Program-made: the position numbers and the translations under genes | The notes under the pieces: model-generated | Told to the model about the DNA's origin: nothing | Seen by the model: the letters and a program-made list of their open reading frames with translations, nothing else | The model's database searches: none | Shown here: in pieces, positions 23,468 to 38,457 of the stretch | Numbering within the stretch: position 1 is the first letter of the stretch | How the letters are laid out: each line of letters begins with the position of its first letter | From: Chrysomallon squamiferum | Lineage: Eukaryota; Animalia; Mollusca | NCBI GenBank assembly: GCA_012295275.1 | Contig: CM022673.1 | Coordinates: 1-64,000, forward strand | DNA length: 64,000 nt | Direction of reading: 5' to 3'

Positions 23468-25057
23468 TGAATTAATAATTATTATCAAAATCAGAAACAT
23501 AAAAAATCAGATGAAAATGAGTAAAAAGAGGACAAAAGTGTAATATGTGTTGTTTATTTTGTAAATCGTGCTAAAATAAAAAATAAAAATAAAAATAATG
23601 TAAAAATAAGAGGAACTGATGAAATGTATTGACCGTACTCGACAAACGTTTGAATTTGGTCCATATAACCTCTGACACTGAACATCAGGGCTGTACTTCT
23701 GTCCTGGAAAATCATCGACTGATGGGACTTCGTTTTTTGTTACTTTCTCAGTCAGACATTTTCTTCCATACCTGGATTGTAATAATTATATTAGAAATAT
23801 AACGGGTTGTTGTTCTTTTAATAACATCTTAATACGATTTAAGTAAATGAAGGAAAATATTTCGTTTGTGTGTGTTTGTGTGTGTATGTGTGTATGTGTG
23901 TGTGTGTATGTGTGTATGTGTATGTGTGTATGTGTATGTGTGTATGTGTATGTGTGTATGTGTATGTGTGTATGTGTATGTGTGTAAGAATAAATATATG
24001 TATGTAAATATATGTGAATACATAAATGTATGTATATAAATGTGTGTGTGTGTGTGTGTGTATACATTTATGCGTATAATATATGTGTCTGTATGTTTTT
24101 GAATATTTTTTTTTTTTTCTTAATAATAATTTGCATTTCTTCACATTAAAGTATGACAAAAAAGTTAGAGTTCTAGGAGGCTACTATGTTCTTATGTTAC
24201 ATTCTGTCATTTTATTTTGATATCTTTTACGATTCAGATGGGAAAACAGATATCCGTAACAGACTGAGGACATGATACATTTTCTTCTATTCGCTATCTA
24301 GATGCAAGCAGAAATTGCGAAAGGGAGAAAACCAATGTTAACTGCTCCCATAAGCCTAATGTTTTATTAGTAGAAAATATTTGTGTAAATAAAATAATTA
24401 ACATGAATAAGATAATAAATTTAGGAAATATACAAAAAATATATTTAGAAGACGAGTAAAATGAAAACAAAATCTTCGAAATGTGCAAACACATATTTAG
24501 AACAGAAATAAAATGAAAAATTCAAATTATACGAAAATACATTTAGAACATTACTAAAATAATATCTCGAAATAAATGAACATATATTCACAATATTTGT
24601 TTTCTCCGCAAAGGACGAATATAAAATGTACATACACTGTATTCATAAGAGACGTCATGTAGTTGTTAAAGTAAGTAACAGAACATTTAGAAAAAGTCCA
24701 GTGATTTGTGTTGTTTGGATCTTTTCTATAGCGAATATAGCCGCCATGATGTACTGATCGTTTGCATTGCAGCTGTTGCCATCACCGTCGTGTCTAGCTC
24801 CCAAACTAAATAAATAAATTTTGTAAAAATACAAATCAGTTTAATAGGAATGTAAAATAAAATATAATAATTCCCAGATCTTAATACAATTAATTATTAA
24901 TATTAATAAATGAATTATGTTGCCGAGATATTACGATGTACATATGCGTGTGTTTACTTTTTCTGCTGTGAGCTCTTCTGTGTGTGTTTATCTGTATTGT
25001 ATGTCCTTGTATGTTTTCGTTTGTGTATTTATGCTTATGTATGTAAGAGAGAGAGAG

Positions 25058-25120
<63 letters not shown>

Positions 25121-27184
25121 CAGAGAGACAGAGAGACAGTGAGAGACTGAAGAAAAGAAACAATCACATAATGTTGTAAAATATATAAAATACAAGTAAT
25201 TATTTGCATCGGATAATAAACTAGATGGCCGTAACTAGACTGTTTTTGAAATGAGGCAAAAACACGTAATTGCCAATAAAATGTTGGCGAGTTATCTGGG
25301 GGCCTCCTAACACACCCAGAAGCAACGACTTGAAAGACTCAAAATACACAAATAATAGACAGATTAACAGAGGACAAAGGTATTACATAACTGTACAAAA
25401 GATGCATCTATACCCGAGCTGATATTAATTTTTGTTTTACGTAAAATAAATCAAATAAAAAAAAAAAAAATAATAATAATAATATTTTGGTAAATAACGT
25501 ATACCTATGGCCAAGTTAATATGAAATAAAAAAACCAAACATATATATTATCTATATTATTCAGTTAAACCTATTAACTATGGCTAAGTTAATATTAACA
25601 GATATTACAGAAATAAACAAACAGAACTGTATCAAAGTTAATTTTAGTAAAACAGATGTTTACACATTTAAACAGCCTACCTGTGCCCAAGTTCATGAGT
25701 TGCTGTGTGTATTGACTGAAAACCACCAAAATCTTCAATTACAGACGTACTCAGACCTTCTGATCGACACATCCGCTTCAAATGAGTTAATCCTAAAGTG
25801 AAACATAAATAAAATTATAGTTATGATTTTTAGTTTAAAACTGTCTGTTGTTATCTTTTTGCTTTTTTTTTTTCTGTTCTTTTTCTGTCTTTTTTTTTCT
25901 AGATTTTTTAATGTTTTTTATTTTTATTTTTTTTTTTTTTTCCCTTTTTTAATTTTTTTTTTTTTTTTTTTTTGGTGGATTTAGTGTGGGTTTTTTGTAG
26001 GGTTTTTGTTGTGTTTTCTTTGATCGGTTGGTTTGCTTTTACGGTTGTTTTTCCGAGGCCGTGTTTTGTTTTTAAACAAAATCTGATGTAATTTTGAAAT
26101 AAACATAAATCACTTACTGAGAGAGAAAAAGAGAGACAAACTGACAGATAGACACACAAAAAGACAGAGAGTTTTCCACAGAAAACAAGAAAGGAGGCAA
26201 AAATAAAGCAGTTTATAACAATCAAGAAGAATGAACTATGAAGTTATTATGTACGAAAAATGTATTCATTTACATATATACACACACTTACCATGATACA
26301 AATTGTTCTTAACATTCTGTTTAATCCTGAAAAAATCATACCTGAAATGAAAAAAACAAAAATGAAAAAATAAGAAAGTCCCAGGAAGAATTTTCAGACT
26401 GAAGCAAAACATTGGCTGGAAAAAGAAATAACAAAATGTGGACACTGAACGGGATTGATCTTGTGATCATCCACGTCTCTGAACTGCGCGTTAAACAAAC
26501 AACATCAGCCTGTCTATTGGTCTTTAACGTGTAGAACTTTTTGAAAGTCGATTTCGAGATATTAGTGTAGACTTCGATGTATTTCCATAGGCACTGGATG
26601 CCCAAAGTGAAACTGTGAATGATTTGATATAAATAAATTAATAAATAAATAAACAAATAAATAAGGGTGTGGTAAAATAAAATAAAATTACTGATGATTA
26701 CTGGAACTCACCCGCTAAATAACATCACGTGATCATTCTCAGGTAGTGACGTCGAGGCAACCCATGATTTTAAATTACTCAAAGCCACCGAAGAGTCGAT
26801 TTCTCCACCCTTTGGCGTCATGGTAACGTTATTTTCAGTCCACGGAGATTTATCTCGCGTCTGGGAAAATCATTTTAAATAATTTACAAATTATTCAAGT
26901 TCAAAAACCGAGAATAATAATTAATTAGTTTACAAAATGAAGAAGAAGATATAAAAAAAAAAATAAGGTTAGGGCAGATACGTCGTGACAAAGAAAAGGA
27001 GAGAGACAGAAAGAGCTATGATCAAGAAATATCAAAAAATATATATAACACATTTATATGATAATCAATATAAAAAAAAAAATCTGCGGTTTAAGAAAAA
27101 TTAAAAACAAATTTTCGAATCTATATATAAGCTGAAATAAATACGATTTACAATATTTGTCATATATTTTATTTATGTCCACAA

Positions 27185-27230
<46 letters not shown>

Positions 27231-30200
27231 GTAATAATAATAATAATAATACACTTACGTCACCTACAACGTAACCTGTCAGTCTAATAACCAAATGAAA
27301 ACCGAGTCCAGTTATTCTCTTGTAGCGAAGATTTACCTGCAAATAAAACAATAACTGTTTAATTAAATATATAGAAACAAATAAATAAATAAACAGACAG
27401 AAGGCATATAGACAAACGGATAGATAAAAAGACAGACAGAAAGACAAATAAGACAGAACAGTTTTAGTATAGTTGTAATTCATTCCTTACGAGTGCAGAT
27501 AATTAAAATAAAGAAAGGAAAGGGATTTTTTAGTTATGATTACCCCGTTCATAACGTAGGCGAAATATTCTCTGATGTTCTGCAAAGTTTTACTTTTCCT
27601 GTCTTCAGAACTTAACGTCGAATCTGTGCGGTTGTATTCTCTGGAGAAATATAAAAAATTAAAATGAAATCAAATATAGTCCAAGCAGATGGAATACCTG
27701 CCCACATAAAATATTCTTTTTCGAAAAGTTCACTGTCTAAACTTACTGAATTAACTGACTTACTCACTGGATTACTCACTGAATCACTCACTCACACACT
27801 GATTGACTGCACTGATTCATTCACTAAGTCACTGTATGACAGACAGACAGACTCACTGACTTGTATAACTCAGTGTTGTCTGACTCACTGGATTTGTTCA
27901 TAGACTCGTTGCCTGGCTGGAGACACACGGACTCACAGAACAGAACAGAACTGAACTGAGTGAATGACTCACTGACTCATCCGCTTACACAGAATCAAAC
28001 AGACTAAATGACTTAATCAGTCAATCAATAAGTCAGTCGGGCAGGCAATCAGACAATCAATGGCGTACAAACTGCATTATCTTTGATTGTTTAAACCTAC
28101 AAGCATATCGACACGTCATTTTCATATCTTTATTTACTTACCTTTGATAAATGGCGTAGTCTATGGCAGTCAGTACGTCTATGTAGTATTCTGTTGTTTC
28201 TCTTTTATTTCGTCCGGAGACAGAAGATTTTGCCTCTTCATCTTCAAATAAAGCTAATATATATATATATAGTTTTCTAAATTTTTTGTAGTATTACATC
28301 AGGTAACAAAAACAAATTATTATGTTGATAGTATTGCATTTTCATTTCTGTTATAAATTTGTACAGTACATCCGGTTTTAGACAAACATTCCACATTCAT
28401 GAAATTCCAAGTATCTAGTATTCCGGTATCATTAGGATATCTATAGAATGAACTGGTACATTCTAGATCATTCCAATGGCTGCTGTTTTAGTTCTTCTAC
28501 AGTAATCCTACAGGAATTTCTAAAATGTTCCAGTGCTTTTTAGAATATTATAGTGCTGCCTGCAGATGGTGTGCATATATATGTCCTAACCGTGGTTAGG
28601 TCAAAGTAATATTTTCCTGGTGCACAACGATTTCAACGCGAAGCTGCTTACGTTCTGGCGATTACATTTTTTTATTCTAAACTGGATTAACTTTTGTCAG
28701 TCTATTGCATTCGTGTTATATTCTGATTCAATACCTCTGGACATCAGCGTTGTCCCTAAAAGGGATGGCTAGTTTGCATGATTCTCGTGAGTATCGGATG
28801 ATACACTGAGTGTAATGAAAAAACACCTGTGAGTATAATTGTACATCTATTAGTAATAATAACCTTTATTAATACACTGGTTTTAAAAGTAATATTAGTC
28901 TCTCATAAGCCATACTATTTACCTGATAGCTCTTCCTCATAAATGGTAGGTATAGGAGTGACTTGGTTGGCTTTTAAACTGTCATGACTATCTGTTCACT
29001 CAATGCCATCTAGTTATTTCGCGGTATTCTATTAATCAAATGTACTCATCAACATCACTACCAGAGTACTCCTATCTACTGAGTTATATTCACTTAATAT
29101 AAAAAACGGACCATAGCCCTTAATATCAATTTACTATCAAAACATTTGGCCCAGGTATCCCAACATCATTTTGGCTCTGTGGGAGACAGATTTTTTAAGT
29201 TTTAGTCTAGGTGGGAGTGAACCAGTTTAATTTCTCCCACTAACACTAATTAAACACACTTATTCCACCATCAGTGCCATTATTATTTCCAAAGCTTAGT
29301 CACAACCGCAGAAAAATACAGTAAAAAGCTAAACACCACTGAATAAACAAGAACAAATAAGAGGGCTTAGTTTAGATCACAACATTAGTTGAGAAACTAA
29401 AGTTACGTGACCGGACATTTTTCGCTTTTTCGGGCATCAGAAACAAATAAACTGATCATTCAAAGAGAATTCAGGAGTTCTGATTGATGAGAATAGACTT
29501 GATCATGCGCTTTCTGGCTCAGGAGTGAATCGGTTTCAGTGGCCATGACTTGACAATTGGTTCGACAGAAAACACGATCTGCGGCGACGTCTCCCTCAAA
29601 TAGAGCGGATGGTCATAGTAGCTGTTTTAAAGATTCAAGTCTACTGTTTTTTAAACATGAAACATTTCGCTTTCCGATGATATCTTTTGAAAGGGGTATC
29701 CCACTTTACACATTTTTTTCATGTTAGAAACATAAATGAATCTAACGTATATAACTTTTATTTTATCAAAGCATAAAAAGAAGTGTACGAACAATGTTCA
29801 CGAAATGTAAGTCCAGTAAGGGGAGGAACATAGAACCATGTGAATGTTACTTTTGAGTTGTGGATATCTCGGGATTCAAGAAAAACGAAAAATCGACATG
29901 ACATAACATCATCTGTTGCTCTGAAGAACTGTTTGAAAAGAATCAAGGTGAAAAGTTTGACTGTGAATCTTACGTTGGTCATATCACTGTAGCAAAAAAA
30001 AAAAGTAACTGGATTCGAGATCACGGACTCGTAACTCCAAGACTGATATCGAACTACAACTGCTAGAAAAAGCCACGAAGGATTCTCAAATTGTTTTCAT
30101 CTTCTGGAAACTCTATATAACATCTACGACTGTATGTAAGTGCATGCGTATTTACGTGTATATGAAAGTACGTGTTTATCTATTTAGTATTCTTTTGTGT

Positions 30201-30429
30201 TAGACTCTGCACAATAAGAATGTTGGGGAAAACAGAAGTACGACACCCAGTCAGTGCCGAGCTCGACCACCAAGGCGCAACTGAACAGACCTGTTAATAA
30301 CAAGGTAATCATCGCTTCCTGTAAGGCGTGCAGTTCCTTCTCTTTCATTATTTTTCGGTCCGGTTTTATATTTTTGTTGGAAATCTTGCACTTAAGTACG
30401 TCTGATTAGACTCTGCATGTAAGCAATAT

Positions 30430-30920
30430 ATGAGTATGTATGAATGTATGTATGTATGTATGTATGTATGTTTGTATGTATATATGTATGTATGTCTGTA
30501 TGTGTGTGTTTATGTGTATAAGTACGTCTCATTAGACTGCATATAGGCAATATAAATGTATCTATGTGTCTATATATGTATGTATGTATATAAGTATGTA
30601 TGAATGTATCTATGTGTGAATGTATGTATGTATGTATGTATGTATGTATGTATAAGTATGTATTTATGTATAAGTATGTATGTATGTATATATGTATGTA
30701 TGTGCGTGTTTATGTGTTTATAAATATATGTGTGTATATGTAGGAATGTAGGTATGTAGATATGTATGTGTGTGTATGTTATGTGTCTCTGCATATATGT
30801 ATGTATGTGTGTGTGTATATATATGTGTGTGTGTTTTGCGTGTGTTGGTGTGTGAGTGTGTGTGTGTTTATATGTGTGTGTCTGTGTGTGCGTGTCTGTC
30901 TGTGTGTGTGTGCGTCTGTG
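30430..30920. repeat. Compound (TATG)n/(TG)n microsatellite
   Basis: Imperfect tetra- and dinucleotide repeats lie in intron 4 of copy B. Confidence 0.9.
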
Positions 30921-31516
30921 AGTAAAAAATAAAATACAACTCACGGATTTCTACGTAATCATCACCAGCAAAAGTTACAGGCTGTTTTTCCAGAATATAT
31001 TCTTCTTCGTCACGTGGTGTCTCTCGACGGTCACGTGATTTCGGTTCCAACTGGTATTCTTTACCATGTACTGTCAAGATGCCTCTCTGAACGAGAAAAC
31101 AGACAATATAAAAAAGTATTTAAGGGAAATACTTAGTACATATCACATAAAAGTGAGTGTTAGATAGTTGGAAAGAAGAACATCCAAACCACTTTATATC
31201 AACTATTGAATTAATTTATGAAAAATCCTTAAATTAGTAATCTGTTGATCTTCATATTTAGCCTAGTCATATATTGTCTTGTTGCTAAAAGTTCAGTAGT
31301 AATACATTAAAAAAAAATCAGATTATTTCAGAATGAGCCCGTTGTAATATTTTGCATTCCTGCCAGTGCTTAATATTATATAAAGACCGTGGTGTATCCT
31401 TTACTGGACTAGCATATAAAAGAAAGTTTTCTGATAATAGTTAAAACTGATCATGCGATGTTATTATTGTTATTTTATATATACACACACACATACATAC
31501 ATACATACATATATTG

Positions 31517-31553
<37 letters not shown>

Positions 31554-31584
31554 TATTTATTTATTTTTATTATTATTATTATTA

Positions 31585-31661
<77 letters not shown>

Positions 31662-32786
31662 TAAATAAAAGTATATTTAAAATATAAATAATAAGATTTA
31701 TTGATACGATTTAATACCTACGGTTGATAGAGTCCACTTAAACATAAAGTCAGACAAGCAGTTCTTCACACACTCATCTACCACATACAATGTATATAAA
31801 CTGATATAAGATATTAAAACTCCTTTCTTTGTTAGATTTCTTATACTATCCGAGAGATATGTACAGTAAGCACTACGCCCTAATGTTTGAATAGCACAGC
31901 AAGATAGAATAACTATAAGTGTCTGAAAAAGTATGTGTTCAATTTAAAAAATCGTAAATTCTGAGCTTTATAATAAATCTGTCCTGACAAGATTATAGAT
32001 ATAAAACTTTTGTTAACTAGTTAAAGTAAAATAAGAAAATATTTACGAAAACTATTTAAAGATTTTCATGTTCATTATGCGTGCAAAATGTTAAACAGGC
32101 CTTTCCCGACGAAACATAAATACAATTAAATAATATATTTGGTCTATAACACGGAATTTTATTTCTAAAATTACATTTCTTTTTTATTATTATTAAACTT
32201 TTTTCATATTCATTATGTTTTCAAAATATAGATATAAAGGTTACTTCAATCAGATAAGGAACAACATAATACTGGAAAGGTAATAATAATTTTTACTAAC
32301 TTACCAGCTGAAGATGAAGATTTGTGTCTTCACCAAAACACGATATTGTCATAGCCGCATTTTTAGTCACATCCTGATACTGAGCTTTCCTCTGAAATAT
32401 TGAAAATGATTTTTTTGATATGTTTCAATATTTAGTTTTTATAATTTGCATTGTTTCAAGTGAATACATACAAACACACACACACGCACACAGACCACTA
32501 GTAGAATAAACATTATCAATTAACGTGTACGTTTGTGAAATGAAGAAACAGTCTAACATATTAGACATACTTCAGAGTTATAAATTTAGTTAAAAATATA
32601 TAGCGCCATTTTTTTTTTTGAATTTATGACGTCACTGCATATAAGGCTGTGCCGATTTTTTTTAAAACTTTCTTGTGGAGTTGCCAGTTCTCAGCCCGCA
32701 AGGCATGCGATGTCGTCACGATTCCAGTGAAGAAAGGATAAAATGGTGGCGTTTATGTTTTTCACACTTTATTTATTAAGTTAAAA

Positions 32787-32861
<75 letters not shown>

Positions 32862-33359
32862 AATAATGACTAAGAAGTATAAAAAAATTTGATATAAAAG
32901 AAAGTTTCAAATTCTTGCCTGCGTATCCATCAAGTGTTCTTTAACCACCGTGTTTGTAGTTTTTATGTCTCTCAGTAGATAGACAGGTACGTTTGAATCT
33001 ACGTCTTTATTTCTCGTAAGTTTCATAAACAAAGTTTCGTTGTCCACCCGCACAGACACACGGACTTGTTGTGGAAGACGACATCCTCTGCTTTCTGTGA
33101 TGCTCTCTCTGTAGATGTGAACGTATGCGATGTCCGCTGAAAAAAAAACCCCAGTAATATAAAATATGTCAAAAAAAGTAAAACAGATATTTTTTTTTTT
33201 TTTAAAGTTTCGTATTTTTCGACCTGAAATACAATGGAACCAAACTTTTGTTTCTTTTTAAATTCAACTAAATTAAAATCTGAAAATGAATTAACTTTAT
33301 ACATTTGACTGAATTAATAATACTGGGGGAAAACAATAAATCAAAGAACATTTTGTGTG

Positions 33360-33464
<105 letters not shown>

Positions 33465-33988
33465 GAGAGAGAGAGTCGAACAAACTCAAGGTTTTAACGC
33501 ATGTACAAGTGGTTAACGATAAGTGGAATCAAAACAGTTTATATATATATATATTTAGTACTTACCTTTCGATAACTTAATTAAGTAAAAGACAAAAGTA
33601 AACAACAGCCCAGTCTTTATACAGCACATTGTCGTGGTTAGCTTTCGTGTAAGTGAATAAAACCTTTACTGTTCAAACGGCTATATTTAATACCGCCTGA
33701 CCATTTTTTTCTTTTTAAATTCTATGATAGAAATATACACATTCTTTTTCTTCAAAGTTCTTTTTTTTTACTTTTTTTTTTTAAATTTATTTATTTCATT
33801 ACATAATGGACTGTCTTTTAAAAAATATTAATTCCTTTTTCCAAATGAATGATTCCATATGCATATATACATGAAATATTAATATAGTTCAAACATAATA
33901 ATGAATATTCAGAGATGCATGTTCACGTGTGTATGCGTATGTGTGTGTATATATATTAACTGTCCTTTGGTGACCTTAGACACACACA

Positions 33989-34077
<89 letters not shown>

Positions 34078-37000
34078 TCGATATTATGTATTTGTGTAAA
34101 TGCGTTTGTGAAAATATGAAATTCTTTGGCTATTTCGACTGTTAAAGTAATAGTGTTTTATTATTATGTTATAGATATTACGTATCAAAGATATTATTCA
34201 AACGACTGTTTTGCCCTGAAAGACATAACTAGGTTGTTGCCCTAGTCTTTTGAAATGTTTAATACAAGTATTTATATCAGGTGTCACTGTTTATAAATGC
34301 AAATCGTGGGAACTGCACTAGAATCACATTAGCTTTTTATTCAAAATTGTCTACAGGAATCTTTTTTTCAATAGTCTTTGTACTAAACAAATAATATCGT
34401 TCATTCATTTTTAAAACTTAGAATGTCGTTGTAACCGTGTAGTCATTTGTTATTGTAGTTGTCGATGTTGTTGTCCATGTTTTTGTTACTGTTGTTGTTG
34501 ATATAAGTATTTGATAATGCGTTGTCATTCTGACATTTATCTCACAAGTTTGTAAACTGAAAGATAAATGCTTGTGTATGTGTGTGAAAATAATTATATA
34601 AAATAATAATTAAACAATGTAGAATAAGTTGTGACTTTTGGTTATTGTTATTTTTGTTTTTTAATTGCAAAATAAACTGTATATTAATGTTACAGTAAAA
34701 CGAGCTAAACAGATAATGAAACTAAAATGGAGAGAATGACAGACAGAGCACATGAGAAATATAGAGAAGAAAAAAGGAGCAAAAGATAATTTTAATGATA
34801 ATGAAAGATTTTAGATACTCATAAATATATACGTCAAATAATTTATATGTTAGGAATTGGTTTATGAATTTATGGTTTGACGCTAAATTATTTTCTAGTA
34901 CTCTGGTTTTTAACTGTACTCTGTAAACGAATTAAAGTCGTACATAAACTGTTGTTCACTTTTTTCTTCTTTTTTGGGGGGGAAATGGTGGATGTGGATT
35001 CGATTATTGTTTTATATATTAATTCATTTATTTAGCTTTGGAGTGAAGATGTTCATCATAAGGACGACGACTTTTTAGCAAGAACTTACTGTCTCTCACA
35101 AAACAGGATTAATCCATACCTTTATCAATGAAACTTGAAATAGCTGTTTCTACATTTCACGCAAATGTAAGAAGGCCACTGTAGAAGATTTCCCTACAGT
35201 TGATATCATCCAGTACAAAACACCGGTATATAAATTTCTTTATTTAAATGATTCATTATTTATTATTATTTTTATTTATTTATTTGTTTGTTTATCGGTC
35301 TGTCTATATCTGTCTATCTATATATCTGTCTGTCTGTCTATCTACACTTATATTTAAAACTATAAAAAAATATATATAAAATAAAAATAAAAAGTGTGTT
35401 CTGGGTAAGAGGTGTATTTATGATTTTTTTTTCTTAATTTTATTTCTGATACTTCAAAAATATAATTATATACATATCGATCGGTATCCATTTCAAATAT
35501 AAAATAAAATAAAATAAAATACAAAATAAAAAAACCCTACATTTTGAATATTACATTTCATGATTTTCTTTTTTTCTTTTTTTCTTTATTTATTTATTTT
35601 TTATTTTTTATTTTATTTTATTTTATTTTATTATTTTTTTTTTTTTTTTTGATGATTCTGGAAATGCCTGTTTCACCATACAGGTTGCATGCATTCACTG
35701 TTTAGCCTTGGTTTTGTTCGGTCTGTAGTTTATGATATAAATGCTGGTTGGTTAATCCGGCAAAGCATACCCTTCAATAATGAGAGTTGTCTACCCTGTA
35801 ATAGTTCTGTAAGAATTATCTACCCTACACTAATTCTTCCCTTGAAATATTATTACCTTACTTACGACAGTTAACTCTCCCATCTAAAATACATTAATAC
35901 GGAGACACCTTTTCGTGCATTTATATACTATAATAGATGGTAGTATTAGAAATACAAAGCGCTTGTTTTCTGAAGACTTTATTTAAAGCTTCACGTACAC
36001 TTTCCCACAACCTCAAATACCTGAATATGACGTAAGACATTTCAGTTGTCAAAATCTCGTATTACTTTATATTTGTAAATAGACTGTATAATCATACAAA
36101 CTATATTAATTTCTCCATTTTTGAAATAATGCACAGTGTATATCGTACCGGCTCTTCTCTTATGAATAAGTTTAAAATTTAAGCATACAATCAACTGTAC
36201 ATATAATCGAAAGCCTGCTTTGTTTAGCTTTATAATAACGTTCCCTTTACAGCACAATGGGACACCTCTGTACCTGGTTTCCGACACACAGAACAGCACA
36301 TAAAAAAGAACTGTTGATCGCTCACTGGAACAGAAATGTTTTATGGACGAGCCACCCACGGAAGAGATACAATCATTAATTTTACAAAACAAAATTAGTG
36401 TTAAATATTTCCGACATTCGTATCTAAACAGTGTAACATGAAAGTATTCTAAAATGATAAAACACCAAAATGTTCTCAAATAAATATACGAAGACAATTA
36501 AAAACGTGTCTTTTTAAGTTTTCTATAAACGAATTTTACGTAATTTTACAACAGCTTTCGGGTATGACTGTTCTGTGTTGGATCAAATGTTTATAGCGTT
36601 TGTAAGTGAAATTCAAAGATAATATTTAGATGTAAAAAAAATAATAATAAAAAATACAAACAAACTACCATTAAGATTTTTAGAATATAATTAAAAGACA
36701 AAGAATCAAGTTTACATAATACGTCTTTATTTATTTACATGTCATAAAAAATTAAGAAAAATATTAAACATTACTCTTAATTGAATATGCTAAAAGAACA
36801 GTATAAATAAATGAAAGGACAAATATATATTTGGATAGAGAGATAGACAGACAGACATAAAGAGAAAGAGACAGAGATACAGACATACAGACCTAAATAA
36901 AGAGACAGGCATACAGAGAAACAAACAGAACGACTGAGATACATACAGAAATAATTGTTTGTTATTATTTTTCACTTCTGATATGAAAACGGTATAAAAA

Positions 37001-37167
37001 TTTAAATACAAAATTAAAATAACGTCTTTTGACATTAATTTCGTCCACTTTCTTTCAAAAGAGATTAATGTTGACAGCCTGTTTTTTTAATATACATTTC
37101 TGCTGCACTACAACTTGTGCACTGTCGACCATAAAAAGATAAATAAATAAATAAATAAATAAATCAG

Positions 37168-37250
<83 letters not shown>

Positions 37251-37327
37251 GAAACATTTCTACAGAAATGAAACAACATAATTTACAAAAAAATCGTTTT
37301 AGTTTCTCTTGTACTCACAATCCATTT

Positions 37328-38392
37328 TCAAATGTTCGTGTAAATTATGGAAACCAGAACAGTAACCAATCCTGTTATTAGGTGGCCTTGCAATCCTGAC
37401 GTTGCTGATGTCGTTTTGCATGAACTGCAACATACATCTGGATCCAGTACCCAGCAACCTATCCACCGTGAGTTAGCACGACGACAGACACGTGGATTTC
37501 TGTCTCCGTACTCACAACCTGTCAACGAACGAGCAGTTTCAGTTTATTGTCGTTTGCATCATTAATAAGCATTATATCAGAATAAGCTTTCATCGACAAA
37601 GCTTTAGTATCTGTAAACTGAAGCATCATTTGAATGGCAATAAAAAAAAAAACCTAACCCTAACATTAACCTGCTTTATGTCTCAAATAATTGATAAATA
37701 GTATTAACTGCCTAGCTACAAGCCTTCAAAATTTAATTAAAGTTTTCACATTTGATTAAAGAATTAAAATTGCTATGAAATATCACAACTAAAAATGAAC
37801 ACAGATCCTGCTGGGGTTATGTTTTAATCATGAATGTATTATATTAATTTTAACTTGAATGTATTAGTCGTGTATTTTAACGTATTGTTTATGAACATCG
37901 TATTACTTGATTTCGTTTCCTGAGTAGGTCGTATGCTTAACAATAGTGTGCTGCTATAATACGTATGGCCTATAGCAATTCGCAATGAAAGCAAGTAAAG
38001 AACATCCTAGTAGTTAAATACATTTTCTATTCATTTCTGTAATACTTGCATTTGCCAAAAGTGCGAAATGTCTTTGCATCCACCAATAAACAAAACCATA
38101 ATGATCCTTGTATTATTTTCCAATCTTTTGAATTACCCGTTTATCAGAGTGTGTTTGATCGTCTCACAATTAAATTTAAAACATATTTTAAATAATGCAT
38201 GTCTTAATTTTCATGTAAAATTGCGATACCGTTCATATCGAGGATAATATTTTACAATAGGAGAAAATCAATTTTTTTTTTATAATTTTTAATTAAATGC
38301 ATTTTAGAAACAGTAGTTTAGAAAATGGAACTGTATACAGTCTCTAGTTCTTTGTCCTTATAACAACTGGAAGAGAGCTGCTTGTTCTAGTC

Positions 38393-38457
<65 letters not shown>

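Noticed and set aside
36042-36497. 151-aa minus-strand ORF between copies B and C
   Set aside because: AT-rich composition, no motif and no similarity to the cluster exons.
37651-37672. Telomere-like CCTAACCCTAAC
   Set aside because: Only about two imperfect units; too short to call an interstitial telomere.
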